Below are positions 1 through 10,350 of a stretch of DNA of 64,000 bases, piece after piece. Below the pieces are notes generated by a model. That model saw nothing but the letters and a program-made list of their open reading frames with translations. It was not told the origin of the DNA and searched no databases. A program made the position numbers and the translations under genes. Within the stretch, counting starts at the first letter, position 1. Each line of letters begins with the position of its first letter. The stretch spans positions 27,443-91,442 of the forward strand of contig CAMEJD010000004.1 of the NCBI GenBank assembly GCA_945919375.1, written 5' to 3'. The DNA is from an uncultured Clostridia bacterium. GTDB lineage: Bacteria; Bacillota; Clostridia; Christensenellales; UBA1242.

Positions 1-2640
1 AAGCCCGTCAGGAGATTTTTTTGGGCGACCACGTTTGCCTTTTGGTTTGTCTTGTGGTTCTTCGGTTTTCTCCTTTCTTGGTCTACCACGCTTTCCGGTA
101 CTCTTTGGTTTGTCTTCTTGTTCCCCACTGGTTTCTTTTTTTGGGCGACCACGTTTGCCAGTGCCTTTTGGTTTATCTTGTGATGTTGTTTTGGCTCTGT
201 CTTTCTTTGGTCTACCACGTTTGCCTTTTGGCTTGTCTTCAACTTGTTCTTCAGTTAATTCTGTTTTTCTTGGTCTACCACGTTTACCTTTTGGTTTGTC
301 TTCACTTTGTTGTACAGTTGATTCCGTTTTTCTTGGTCTGCCACGCTTTCCTGTTGATTTTGGCTTATCGTCATCAGTTGATGTTGCTTTCTTTGGACGA
401 CCACGCTTTGCTTTTGGCTTTTCTTCAACTTGTTCTTCTTGAACTTTTGGTTCTTCCTTTGGTTCGTTATCTTCAAGTTTTATTTCCTCTTGACCTTCAA
501 GTGGCTTTTGTGTGTCGTCAACTGCAACCGGTTTTTCTTCTTCTGTTTCTGTTTTTTCTTCGGGGTTTTCAACCTTTTCAAGGTTTTCTACTTCAGCAAG
601 CTGTTCTTGCTTTGGTTCAGTTTCTTCTTCGGTTTGTTTTTGTTCTTCTTTGTCTTCAACCGGAGTTTCTTGAGTTTGATTTGGTTGCTCTTCGGTTTGT
701 TGTTCGGTTTCGCCTGTCACACTTTCGCCGGTAAGTTTTTCATATTCTTCCGGAGAAATATAGTTGCCATCTGCATCATAAATATCATTGTTTTCGTCAT
801 GGTAGTAATTATGGTTATCATAATAAGTTCCATTTGCGAACCAATAATATCCATTATCATCATAGAACCCCGGATTTTCTTCTTCTTGACTTTCAGTATT
901 TGGAGTTTCTTCAACCGGTGTTTCTACTTTATTTTCTTCTTGCTCTTGCCCCATATCTTCTACAGATTGTTCTTCTTGTTCAACCGGTGGTTCTTGAGTT
1001 TCATTTGCAGGAGTTTCTTCTGATTGAGTTTCTTCTTGTGTTTCTTGTGTTACAGTTTCTGTTTCAGGTTGAGTTTGCTCAACTTTAGGTTGCTCTTCGG
1101 CAACTTGTGGTTCTTCGGCGACTTGTGGTTCTTCTTGTTCGACTGGTGTTTCTTTTACTTCTTCTTGGCTTGCAGGTTCTGTTAAAGCAGTTTGAGTTTC
1201 TTCATTTTCAGATTCTACTGCTTGTTCTTGTACTGCTTGTTCTTGTTCTGATTGGTTATGTATCAACTCTCTAAGGTCGTTTATCACGCTATCCTTAATA
1301 TTGTTGATTTCTTGAGCCTTTTCAAGTTCTTTTTCAGTTTCTTCTTTTTGCTCGTTAAGTTCATTAAGTTCTTGAGCATGCTTATCTTGAACATCGTTCA
1401 TAATTGCTTTATAAACTTTTGTTGCAAAAGTGTCATATTCCGAAAGCATTGCATTTGTTGCATAATCTTTCTTTTCTTCAAGTTCTGCCCTACATTTGTC
1501 GATTTGTTCTTTAAGTTGAGCAGTTTCTTGGTCATAACGAAGTGTTGCGCTGTCTTGGTCTTTTTCAAGTTGTTCTTGCTTTTTGATTTCGTCTTGTTGT
1601 TGTTTTCTTATATAGTTAACTTCAATACGGTTTGTTGATTCTTCTTGTTGAGTTCTAAGTCTTTCAATATTTTCCTTGCTCGCTTGAAGTTTTCTTTGAT
1701 AGTCTTTTGATGTATTTTCGTAATTTCTTTTTAATGATTCGATTTCACTGTCATATTGTTGAATTTGAGCAAGTATTCTTTGGCGAGTGTTAAGATAAAT
1801 CTCTGACTCTTTCATTGCCCTATCCAAAATAAGAGAACCATCTATGCCAGTTTTTTCAAAGTCATAAGTCTCATGTTCAACGGCATTTTGTCTTGCTTTT
1901 TCAAGTTCTTCGGCTTCTTGTCTTGCACGTTTTTCAAGATATTCATTAAGAACAGGAATTCCGCCTTTGATTTCTTTTCTTGTGAATAACACTTCAAAGT
2001 CAACATATTTTGGAATTGTTGTCGATGCTTTGTCTATGTATCTATCAAACAAATGGAAGTTTTGATACAAACTTGAAAGTGTGAAGTTTTGAGTTGTGCG
2101 AAGCATCATCACAAACACAACACTAAAAATCATAATGATTGCTGGTGCGATAAGTGATATTGCAATTGCTTCAACTGTTAATGCCGTTTTGCCATAGTTA
2201 AGTAAAGTAAGTAAAAATGTTACAAGCATTGTTGCACCACAAATTCCCATATAATTCTTTATGTTTGCAGTGTAAGAACTTGTATGTAGTGGTTTTTCAA
2301 TACAGTTATACATACTCATGTAGTAACTTGGTGCTTGTTCACGATACAACATATATTGTTGCCAATGATATCTTAATAATTTGGGTGAAGTTTTCATAAG
2401 TCTGTTAAATTCAACCAAATTATTTTCATCAATTTGTTCGTGATTATATAACCAACGATTAAGTTTTTCAAGGCTACGATTAAGTCTACCTTCATAAGCA
2501 TAACGAGATTTTATCATAAAGTAAATTACCATAAACATGATAAAACCAAGGCTTATGTAAAATAATAAATCTTTTGTAAGTCCATTTTGGGTAAGTTTTA
2601 AAAAGAAATCCCAAATGTTATCAATGACACCTAAAAGCAT
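1..2640 (-). CDS. Partial CDS (3' end runs off the window): membrane-anchored coiled-coil protein with an acidic low-complexity linker and C-terminal tandem AT-hook-like repeats
   Basis: It is absent from the ORF track because no stop codon lies inside the window. My reverse translation from the ATG at 2640..2638 (MLLGVIDNIWDFFLKLTQNG...) was fully checked at 2640-2581, 780-721 and 45-1, where the same frame is open. The rest was read by eye with no stop noticed. The N-terminus has hydrophobic helices, followed by a long E/K/Q-rich heptad-like region, an E/Q/T/P-rich acidic region, a Y/N/D-rich patch, and then 7x KPKGKRGRP(K/R)K. Confidence 0.7.
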   Translation of the reverse strand, partial: MLLGVIDNIWDFFLKLTQNGLTKDLLFYISLGFIMFMVIYFMIKSRYAYEGRLNRSLEKLNRWLYNHEQIDENNLVEFNRLMKTSPKLLRYHWQQYMLYREQAPSYYMSMYNCIEKPLHTSSYTANIKNYMGICGATMLVTFLLTLLNYGKTALTVEAIAISLIAPAIIMIFSVVFVMMLRTTQNFTLSSLYQNFHLFDRYIDKASTTIPKYVDFEVLFTRKEIKGGIPVLNEYLEKRARQEAEELEKARQNAVEHETYDFEKTGIDGSLILDRAMKESEIYLNTRQRILAQIQQYDSEIESLKRNYENTSKDYQRKLQASKENIERLRTQQEESTNRIEVNYIRKQQQDEIKKQEQLEKDQDSATLRYDQETAQLKEQIDKCRAELEEKKDYATNAMLSEYDTFATKVYKAIMNDVQDKHAQELNELNEQKEETEKELEKAQEINNIKDSVINDLRELIHNQSEQEQAVQEQAVESENEETQTALTEPASQEEVKETPVEQEEPQVAEEPQVAEEQPKVEQTQPETETVTQETQEETQSEETPANETQEPPVEQEEQSVEDMGQEQEENKVETPVEETPNTESQEEENPGFYDDNGYYWFANGTYYDNHNYYHDENNDIYDADGNYISPEEYEKLTGESVTGETEQQTEEQPNQTQETPVEDKEEQKQTEEETEPKQEQLAEVENLEKVENPEEKTETEEEKPVAVDDTQKPLEGQEEIKLEDNEPKEEPKVQEEQVEEKPKAKRGRPKKATSTDDDKPKSTGKRGRPRKTESTVQQSEDKPKGKRGRPRKTELTEEQVEDKPKGKRGRPKKDRAKTTSQDKPKGTGKRGRPKKETSGEQEDKPKSTGKRGRPRKEKTEEPQDKPKGKRGRPKKSPDGL
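21..420 (-). repeat. Seven tandem ~60-63-nt coding repeats, each encoding K-P-K-(G/S-T)-G-K-R-G-R-P-(K/R)-K plus an acidic spacer
   Basis: The plus-strand motif ttgg(g/t)c(g/t)accacg(t/c)tt(g/t)cc recurs near positions 21, 78, 141, 207, 270, 333 and 393. Confidence 0.8.
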
Positions 2641-2786
2641 ATATTTGTCCCCTTTTTATTACATTTTTCGAGTGTAGTATAACACATAAATATTTTTTTA
2701 ACTAATATTTTTAAATATTTTTTTTGATTTTTTTAATATTTTTTTAAATATTTTTTTGTGAATTATTTCGCATTTATTTTTAAATT

Positions 2787-2817
2787 AAAAAAGTTGATGC
2801 TATTTTACATCAACTTT
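2787..2817 (-). terminator. Hairpin overlapping the addA stop codon; candidate intrinsic terminator
   Basis: A 10-bp stem pairs aaagttgatg (2790-2799) with catcaacttt (2808-2817) around an 8-nt loop. A T-rich run follows on the minus strand, but the T-tract is weak. Confidence 0.45.
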
Positions 2818-5800
2818 AATAAGTTTGCAAGGCTTTAGACTCAAGATATAACACTCGTCAATTTGTTTTGAAAGTGCATATGTTGCCGACTTTTTATATA
2901 ACATTAGTTGCTTATAGTACGTGCGAATCAAGTCACTTTCCGAATGGTTTGAAAATTTGTAATCAACCAAAATTGTTTTGTCGTTTTTTATCACAATTAA
3001 GTCACAAACCCCTTGCACAAGAACTTTGTCCGTTATATCACTATCTTCAATTTCGTTGTATGGCACTTGCATTACAAAGGTTTGTTCCTTTAAGGTTACC
3101 CCATCTTTACATAGTTTGTTTAAAAGTTTTAGGTTGTTTATGACAATGCTAATATCAAGCGCATTTATTGTTTGTTCATCAAATAAATTTTGTTCTTTAA
3201 TTTTTTCAATTATTAACTTAATATTTGAAATATTTATGTCCGAATTAAAATCATATAATTCCAAAATTTTGTGATACAAACTGCCAAGATTGTTCTTTTG
3301 TATGTTGTGATATTTATCTTCACTTGTAAGCAATTTGTTTGGCTCATAATTCTTGCTTGCGAAATCATCATCGGACTTTAGTATGCTAGATACAGAATTT
3401 TTTTCTGCAATAAATGTTGCCTTCTCATTAAAATATCCTTTTTGAATATATGTTGCAAGGTCTTTTATTTCTTTTTCGCTATATTGTTTGTTTAGAACAT
3501 TAGTATTATTTATATTACTAATACTTTGATATTCTTTTTGGTCAATAACATTGCAAGTATAATCTTTTGAGTTAAGCAAGTTAAATGCTCCAACTTTTGC
3601 ATTGATTTTTGAGATGTCTGCTTTTGGCAAAGAATTTATAATTTGACTTAAATAGTTATTACTTTCCATAATTTGCCAATCATTTTCAAATTTTTCATAT
3701 TCAAGTTTATTTGTTTGTCCAACCAAAATAAGTCTGTTTTTTGGTCTTGTTAATGCAACATACAAAAGCCTTAATCTTTCACTTATGTCGTCAATTTTGT
3801 TATATGTTTTTACAACACTAAAAAATACACTGTTACATTTTTGCCTTGACTCTTGGTCATAATATTTCAGCCCAAGACCGATTTCTTCATTCAAGACAAT
3901 TTCTGGTTCTTGCGAGTTTGAATTAAATTGTGCCGAAAGTTCTGGAATAATTACAACTGGCCATTCAAGACCTTTGCTGGAATGCATTGTGGTTATGTTT
4001 ACAATGTTATTTGATGTTATTGCTCCAACAACTTTTTGTTCTCTCACATTTTCTCTCATAAAGTTTATATATTCGGTTACTGAATAATTGTAATTTGAAT
4101 TTGTGAAAGAATTTACAAAATCTTTTACATTTTTTGCTCTTGACAACCCATTGAATTCATTTTGAATTTTATAAACATAGTTCGTTTTTTCCAAAATTTT
4201 ATTTAATGCAAAAATCAAACTTTGATATGTGGAATTATATTCAAATTCTTGCAAAAGATTTTGCATATAGTCAATTTTTCTTTTTGTTTCGTTATCTTTA
4301 TCATATAAAAGAACACACTCATAAAAGTTTTGTTTATTTGCAACACTTTTTCTAATCTCTAACATTTCATTTGCCGAAAAGTCAAACAAATTTGACATCA
4401 TAACACTTGCAAGCGAAATATCGTCCTTAAAATTTTGGCTTACCTTTATTAAGTTAATAAGAACACTTGCATCAAAAGTTTCATCAAGATTTGCATTGGA
4501 GTTTTCAAGAACTGGAATATTATAGTTGTTAAATGCTTCAATATATGATTGTTGTTTCGTTCTTGAACGAAGAAGTATTGCTATATCTTTATATTCAATT
4601 TTGCGATAACGTTTTTCGTTTATATCATAGATTTCTTCATCCAAAAGTTTTGTAATTCTTTCCGCAACAAAATTTGCCGAAGCCAAGGAATCATCATTCT
4701 CTTTATTTTGATTTGCTTGAACGCTATACACCCCACTCGCCTTTTCTTGTTCTTCTTTTTCACTGTACAAAATATCAAGTTCCACGCAAGGTGATTTTTC
4801 TTGTTCAAAATCGCCTTGACCATTGAGCATAGATTTGTCTTTATAATCCAAACCACCAGTTCTTTCAGTCATTACAACACTAAAAATATCGTTTACAAAA
4901 TTTAGTATTTGATGCGTGGTTCTAAAATTACAGTTAAGTTTAAGATATTCCGATTTTTCATCTTTTTCAAACTGTGAGATAATATTTGCAAAAATTTTTG
5001 CATTTGATTGCCTAAATCCATAAATCGCCTGTTTTAAATCACCTACCAAAAATAAGTTATCCTTACCTTTTAGTTTGTTAATCAGTTTTTCTTGAACCCT
5101 GTTTGCGTCTTGAAATTCGTCAATAAAAATATGCTTATATTTTTGTTTTATGGTTTGCAATATTTCTTTGTTTTCAAAAAGTCTTAAAGTAAGTCTTTCA
5201 ATATCGTTGTAATCAAAAAGATTTTTTGCCGATTTAATTTTTTCATATTCTTTTAAAAATCTCTCATAAAGGTCAAAAAATATTAGTGTTGTTTCTTTGC
5301 AAACAATGATAGATTTTTTATACAAATCGCCACTGCCAAATTCTTTTAAGGAATTTGTTAACTTGTCAAATCTTTCTTTTTGATATTTGATTTTTGAGAG
5401 CAAATAATCATCTCGTTTATCTTTTAGTGGTGCACGCTCAATTTTTACAATGTTTGCATTATCAATCATTTCTGCCAATGTTTTTGAATTTATTAAAAGG
5501 TCAACAAAAGATAGAATTGAGTTTGTGTAGGTACAATATTTTTTAAAATCCAAATTTTTTGACACATTGAATAAATCTTTCAATTTATCATTCAAAAATT
5601 GTGCTTGCTCTTTTGCATCTTTAAAGAAAATTTGACTTGCAAGTGGATTATCGTTTGGTTCAAAAAGTTGAATACATTTTTCTTTAAAATCTTTATAATC
5701 TAAAACCGACCTGCAAAAATCGTTCATTTTTAGCACAATTTCTTTTATTTTTTTGTCGGTTCTATTTGAGCCATAAAAATCAAAAATCTTGGAATATTCT

Positions 5801-6267
5801 TCAAAATTTGATGTTTTATATGATTTTATTGCATTTTTTATTGCTTTACTACGAACCAAGGTTTCTTCGCTTCCTTGCAACACATTAAAGGCAGGGTCAA
5901 TGTCCAACAAGTAAAAATATTTTTTTACAAGTTTTTGACAAAAACTATCAAAGGTAGAAATATCGCTATTTACAATATTGTCAAGTTCTTTTTGAATTTC
6001 AACTTTCCCAGATTTGGTTATTGCATTTATCAGTTTTTGCTTCATTTCGCTTGATGCCGAGTTTGTGTAGGTAAGCACCAAAATATCTTCAATCTTAACA
6101 TTTTCTTCTATGATTAGTTTGACAATTTTCCTAATCATAACCGAAGTTTTACCACTTCCGGCTGATGCCGAAATCGCAATGTTTTTATCGTGAGATTTAA
6201 GCACAGCATCTTGTTCTTCAATCACTTTAAATTGTTCATTTGCCATTTTTGTTATCCACCTCACCAA
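2800..6267 (-). CDS. addA: ATP-dependent helicase/nuclease AddA (UvrD/PcrA-like helicase with a C-terminal RecB-type nuclease)
   Basis: The protein has a Walker A motif (SASAGSGKTSVM), a DEFQD motif, a 1155-aa size and a C-terminal nuclease-like motif (DLIVIK..ILVDYKFS). It lies directly downstream of addB. The start may be the MANEQF ATG at 6246. Confidence 0.9.
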   Translation of the reverse strand: MVRWITKMANEQFKVIEEQDAVLKSHDKNIAISASAGSGKTSVMIRKIVKLIIEENVKIEDILVLTYTNSASSEMKQKLINAITKSGKVEIQKELDNIVNSDISTFDSFCQKLVKKYFYLLDIDPAFNVLQGSEETLVRSKAIKNAIKSYKTSNFEEYSKIFDFYGSNRTDKKIKEIVLKMNDFCRSVLDYKDFKEKCIQLFEPNDNPLASQIFFKDAKEQAQFLNDKLKDLFNVSKNLDFKKYCTYTNSILSFVDLLINSKTLAEMIDNANIVKIERAPLKDKRDDYLLSKIKYQKERFDKLTNSLKEFGSGDLYKKSIIVCKETTLIFFDLYERFLKEYEKIKSAKNLFDYNDIERLTLRLFENKEILQTIKQKYKHIFIDEFQDANRVQEKLINKLKGKDNLFLVGDLKQAIYGFRQSNAKIFANIISQFEKDEKSEYLKLNCNFRTTHQILNFVNDIFSVVMTERTGGLDYKDKSMLNGQGDFEQEKSPCVELDILYSEKEEQEKASGVYSVQANQNKENDDSLASANFVAERITKLLDEEIYDINEKRYRKIEYKDIAILLRSRTKQQSYIEAFNNYNIPVLENSNANLDETFDASVLINLIKVSQNFKDDISLASVMMSNLFDFSANEMLEIRKSVANKQNFYECVLLYDKDNETKRKIDYMQNLLQEFEYNSTYQSLIFALNKILEKTNYVYKIQNEFNGLSRAKNVKDFVNSFTNSNYNYSVTEYINFMRENVREQKVVGAITSNNIVNITTMHSSKGLEWPVVIIPELSAQFNSNSQEPEIVLNEEIGLGLKYYDQESRQKCNSVFFSVVKTYNKIDDISERLRLLYVALTRPKNRLILVGQTNKLEYEKFENDWQIMESNNYLSQIINSLPKADISKINAKVGAFNLLNSKDYTCNVIDQKEYQSISNINNTNVLNKQYSEKEIKDLATYIQKGYFNEKATFIAEKNSVSSILKSDDDFASKNYEPNKLLTSEDKYHNIQKNNLGSLYHKILELYDFNSDINISNIKLIIEKIKEQNLFDEQTINALDISIVINNLKLLNKLCKDGVTLKEQTFVMQVPYNEIEDSDITDKVLVQGVCDLIVIKNDKTILVDYKFSNHSESDLIRTYYKQLMLYKKSATYALSKQIDECYILSLKPCKLIKVDVK

Positions 6268-9200
6268 ATATATTTTTGCTTATTTTTACACCTTTTCTTT
6301 CGCCAGTTAAAATTGCATCAATACCACAAATTGATTTATATTTGCAAAATTGACACTCGCCATCAAAAGGCGAAACGGATATATTCCCGCCAATAATTTC
6401 CTTTATACCTTGCTTTACAATGTCAAGTGAATATTTTGTAATATTGTCAATTTCATCTTTTGACAAGTTTTTGCTATATGCAAATTTTTTGTTAGTTTCG
6501 GTTGATGTCTTTGAATATTTTGCCTGCAAAAATCTGCTTACTCCATTTTGCACATTAAAGGTTTTGTCCGCTTTTTCAACAAGATTTACATTATCCAAGA
6601 AATAACCATAAAGTTTATAATCGCTTTCATTTTCGTCAGTTGCATCACCATAACTTTGAACAATTGGTAAATAAAACGCACCAAAAGGTTTTAGCCCCAT
6701 TATCTTTTCAATGGCATAAAGGTACACATAAACTTGAATTTTTGTACCATAGTATACATTTTTTAAACTTGAATTTTGCTTACTATTTGAACCTGTTTTA
6801 TAGTCTATAATCCTAAAATAATCATCACACTTGTCAATCCTATCAATGACCCCAACAATTTTATATTTTTTGTCTTGATACATTACATACACATTATCGT
6901 CATTAAAATTACATTCGGTTTTGATTGGTTTAAAATCGGAGTTGTTTGCTTCATATGTTAAAAATTTGGCAAAACGAAAAATCTCTTCTTTTAGCATATT
7001 TAGAGTTATAACATTCTCTTCTTCTGCCAATTTTTTATAATCTTGCATTCCCAAAATTATGTCAAGGGTCTTTAAGACTTTTGCTTTGATTTCTTCTTGT
7101 GATAAATCTTTTAGGTGTTCTTTGTTTTCATTTACATAAATATCGGCAAACTTGTGCAAAAAATTACCAAATTCATTTGCTTCTATTGTTGCAGTCTTTT
7201 GTTCTTGCAACTTTAGACCATACTTTATAAAATGTGCAAACGGACACTTGTAATAACTTTCAATTTGACTCACTTTTGTTTTGTCAGATGTTAACATTAA
7301 GTCACCATTTGAAATGTTTTCTTTGTTTTGGTTTTCATATTCCAATTTTGTTCCAATAGAAAGCAAACTCTTTTTTATTAGCGGACTATCTTGGTTACTA
7401 TTGTTAAGGTTGCCAATTGCCTCAAAAACATTTGGACATAAAAACATTGTTTTGGTTATATCGTCCAAATCAAATTTTTCATAAATATCATTTTGCGTTA
7501 TTTTTATTTTGTCGCCACAAATTGTTAGAATGTCATTCACAAACGGACTTGACAAAACTTTTTTTCCATCATCACTTTGCAAGTGATAGAATATAAAAAG
7601 TTTTTCGGTTGCCGATGACAATAAGTCAAAAAGTTTAAATTTTGTTCTTCTGTTTATCATCTTTGAAGTTGGCGAAATTTTTATAACATTGTCAACTTCT
7701 TCAATTTCGCTATCACTTAAAAGTGCCAAGTCTTTTGTTGGCTTTGGCAACACATCTTGATTTGCCCCCAACACAAAATAATATTTTGTTTTTTCAAAAA
7801 AACTTGAACTTGCATCACCAACAAAAACACTATCCAAACTTAATGGTACTTGTGAAATTTTTATTTCCTTTAAGGCACTTATATACAACTCATAAAATTC
7901 GGCAAATGTTAGTTCATCTTCTATGCAGTCGACAAGTTCCTTGTTCAAATTTTCAATTTTGTCAATTACCTGTGAATATAATTTTTGATTAAATAAATCA
8001 TTATTTTTTGCAAAAATTCCACACAAATTATTTATTTTTTGCTTAATTTCGCATTTTTCTAATATATTTTCTAATGTTTTTATATAATTTTTGATATTGT
8101 CTTTATCTTTAAATTTTTGTGTTTGCCTTATAATTTCTCCAAATTCTTTTATGTCAAAATCTTCAAATAACCTTTCAGTTTTTTTGTATTCAATATCGTT
8201 TGTAATTATGTAATTTTGAATATCTTGCTTTTGACTCTTATCCAAATCTACAAACGAGTTACCTAGCAAATTTATCAAGCTTTCACCGTCAAGATTTTCG
8301 TTTTTTAAATCCAAAACAAATCTAACAAAATTACAAATTTCGGTGTTATAGAATTGTTTTGACATATCTATGTAATATGATATTTGATATTTATCAAACA
8401 CATTTTTAAGGTCTTCAAAATAGTCGCTTGTTGTAATTATTGAAATGTCACTATACTTGCATTTTTTTTGTTTTGTCAAACTTGCAATCTTGTTAGCACA
8501 AACTTTGATTTCGTCCTGTTTTGTTGCGAGTTCCAAAACATTAACATATCCAAAATCTTGCATAGGTTTTATACCAAAACCATACACATTTTCAAACAAT
8601 TCTTTTTGTGGAATGCTTAATACTTGATGACTTTCTTGCACATTGTATTCAAGTTTTTCTTGCTTTAAAATGTCTGTTATGTTATTAAACATTTCTTTAT
8701 CAAAAACCATATTGTTTTTGTTATTGTTTGGGAAAAAACAACCAACAGTAACATTGTTTGCAGTTTTAAAAATATTACGCAAGATTTCGTAGCCTTGTTT
8801 TGTAAATGCATCAAAACCACAAAAATAGAAATTTGTATTTTTTATGCTTTCGGTTTGTTCAATAATTGAAGTAAACAATTTTAGGGTATTTGTTCCATCA
8901 AGCCTACCATTAAGCAAATTGTCATACTCGTCACTTATCATTGACAAGTCTTGCAATTTTTTTGAAGTGCTTACACTAGTTCCTTCACCTGCCAATCGTA
9001 ACATATTTGAGTTTACTCCACTTGAACGAATAAGACTTAATATGTTTTGAATTTTTTGGCAAAGACCTTGACTTAAATTTTTTGAAAAACAAGTAAAATT
9101 ATTTTTGCACTTTTGCAATGCTCTAAACAGCAAAAATTTGCATTCGTCATTTGTCAAATAAACACAATTTAGTCCTGCTTTTGAAATGATGTCTTTTGCA

Positions 9201-9403
9201 AGTGACGTTATTCCCATAACCCGAATGTTGAAACTGCTTTTTATGTTCAGAACTTCAAACACCATTTTTTCTGCAAGCAAAGAAAATCTATCAGGCACAA
9301 CAATTATGTTTTGGCTTGATAGATTATTTTTTTTGTCATTTATTTCACTTATAACGCTTTGTGAAATATCTATAAGTTTTTGACCGGTAATTATTTTTAT
9401 CAT
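6236..9403 (-). CDS. addB: Helicase-nuclease subunit AddB (RexB-like, without an obvious N-terminal Walker A)
   Basis: The C-terminus carries a RecB-type nuclease motif (VGVIDRIDK..RIIDYKTG). Four Cys residues are arranged as in the AddB Fe-S cluster (CPFAHF ... CQFCKYKSIC). The track ORF extends to 9454, and I prefer the MIKIITGQK start at 9403. Either start overlaps or abuts the neighbouring genes. Confidence 0.88.
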   Translation of the reverse strand: MIKIITGQKLIDISQSVISEINDKKNNLSSQNIIVVPDRFSLLAEKMVFEVLNIKSSFNIRVMGITSLAKDIISKAGLNCVYLTNDECKFLLFRALQKCKNNFTCFSKNLSQGLCQKIQNILSLIRSSGVNSNMLRLAGEGTSVSTSKKLQDLSMISDEYDNLLNGRLDGTNTLKLFTSIIEQTESIKNTNFYFCGFDAFTKQGYEILRNIFKTANNVTVGCFFPNNNKNNMVFDKEMFNNITDILKQEKLEYNVQESHQVLSIPQKELFENVYGFGIKPMQDFGYVNVLELATKQDEIKVCANKIASLTKQKKCKYSDISIITTSDYFEDLKNVFDKYQISYYIDMSKQFYNTEICNFVRFVLDLKNENLDGESLINLLGNSFVDLDKSQKQDIQNYIITNDIEYKKTERLFEDFDIKEFGEIIRQTQKFKDKDNIKNYIKTLENILEKCEIKQKINNLCGIFAKNNDLFNQKLYSQVIDKIENLNKELVDCIEDELTFAEFYELYISALKEIKISQVPLSLDSVFVGDASSSFFEKTKYYFVLGANQDVLPKPTKDLALLSDSEIEEVDNVIKISPTSKMINRRTKFKLFDLLSSATEKLFIFYHLQSDDGKKVLSSPFVNDILTICGDKIKITQNDIYEKFDLDDITKTMFLCPNVFEAIGNLNNSNQDSPLIKKSLLSIGTKLEYENQNKENISNGDLMLTSDKTKVSQIESYYKCPFAHFIKYGLKLQEQKTATIEANEFGNFLHKFADIYVNENKEHLKDLSQEEIKAKVLKTLDIILGMQDYKKLAEEENVITLNMLKEEIFRFAKFLTYEANNSDFKPIKTECNFNDDNVYVMYQDKKYKIVGVIDRIDKCDDYFRIIDYKTGSNSKQNSSLKNVYYGTKIQVYVYLYAIEKIMGLKPFGAFYLPIVQSYGDATDENESDYKLYGYFLDNVNLVEKADKTFNVQNGVSRFLQAKYSKTSTETNKKFAYSKNLSKDEIDNITKYSLDIVKQGIKEIIGGNISVSPFDGECQFCKYKSICGIDAILTGERKGVKISKNIFGEVDNKNGK

Positions 9404-9455
9404 ATTTCTATGATAACAAAAATTGATAAAAAAGTAAAAGGAATACAAATCCATT

Positions 9456-10289
9456 TTAATTTATTTTTGTTATTTCTTTATTCTCAAATTTTTGAGTAAA
9501 TTCTTTTAATTTTTTATTTTTATTACATTTTTCTGCATTTTTTATGCGTAAATCTTGAATTTCTATATTTAATTTTTGATTTTTTAAACTTTCTAACCTA
9601 AATAATTTTTGCAAATTCTTAATCTCTTTTTCCTTTTCATTTATTTTGATTATCATTCGTTTTAATGCTTCGTTTGCTTTTCCGCCAAGTCCACCATTTT
9701 CTCTTATCACTCTTTCTTCGGTTTGCTTTTGAACAAGTTTTACAAGCCCCATAAACAAACTATTGATATCGCTGTCGCTTAACAAGTTTTTTGGATTTAC
9801 AAAACTTACCACATTATTAGGTTTTGCCTGTCTTTTGTTTGGGACTTCCATATTTAGTTTTTCAAGACACTTTTCATAAAGTGATTTATTTTTTACAACA
9901 ACTGCCCTAAACTTGTTTTGAAGTCTTACCATTTTATCAATGTCACCATCGGCCAGTTGCATACATGCCTTTCTTACAGAAATACCTTTGCTTGTTAATC
10001 TCAAAATTTCAAGCACCAAATTTTCGGTTTCATCTTCCGTAAATTCTTTTTGCTCAACTTTTTGATGAAGTGAAATATCTATACCCAAATTTTTTCTTCT
10101 TTCCTTATTATTTTCTAACTCATTTAATTCAGCATAATAATAATTTCTAACACTGTTTGGTTTTCTATTTGTTAATTTTGCATACAAACTAAACATTCCC
10201 GACAAATTATGATTTTGTTTTTTGCCGTCTTCTATAAATCTAAACAATTTGATAACTTCTTCATCTGTCCATTGTGAATAACTTTTCAT
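9456..10289 (-). CDS. Myb/SANT-like (RsfA-like) DNA-binding domain protein with a C-terminal coiled coil
   Basis: The N-terminus (SQWTDEEVIKLFRFIEDG...NSVRNYYY) resembles the Myb-like helix pattern of RsfA-family regulators. A second similar segment (FTEDETENLVLEIL) follows. The C-terminal K/E/N-rich heptads suggest a coiled coil. Confidence 0.45.
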   Translation of the reverse strand: MKSYSQWTDEEVIKLFRFIEDGKKQNHNLSGMFSLYAKLTNRKPNSVRNYYYAELNELENNKERRKNLGIDISLHQKVEQKEFTEDETENLVLEILRLTSKGISVRKACMQLADGDIDKMVRLQNKFRAVVVKNKSLYEKCLEKLNMEVPNKRQAKPNNVVSFVNPKNLLSDSDINSLFMGLVKLVQKQTEERVIRENGGLGGKANEALKRMIIKINEKEKEIKNLQKLFRLESLKNQKLNIEIQDLRIKNAEKCNKNKKLKEFTQKFENKEITKIN

Positions 10290-10350
10290 TTTGCCCTACC
10301 TTTTTTAAAATTATTGACAAAATAAAAAAAGTTAAACTATGCATATGCAA

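Noticed and set aside
21-1638. Several long plus-strand ORFs (237, 135, 197, 84 and 128 aa) at the left edge of the window
   Set aside because: Their translations are Leu/Phe/Val-rich low-complexity strings. They lie antisense to a continuous minus-strand reading frame (1-2640) that has a real N-terminus, TM helices, a coiled coil and repeats. They are shadow ORFs of the repetitive, low-complexity minus-strand gene.
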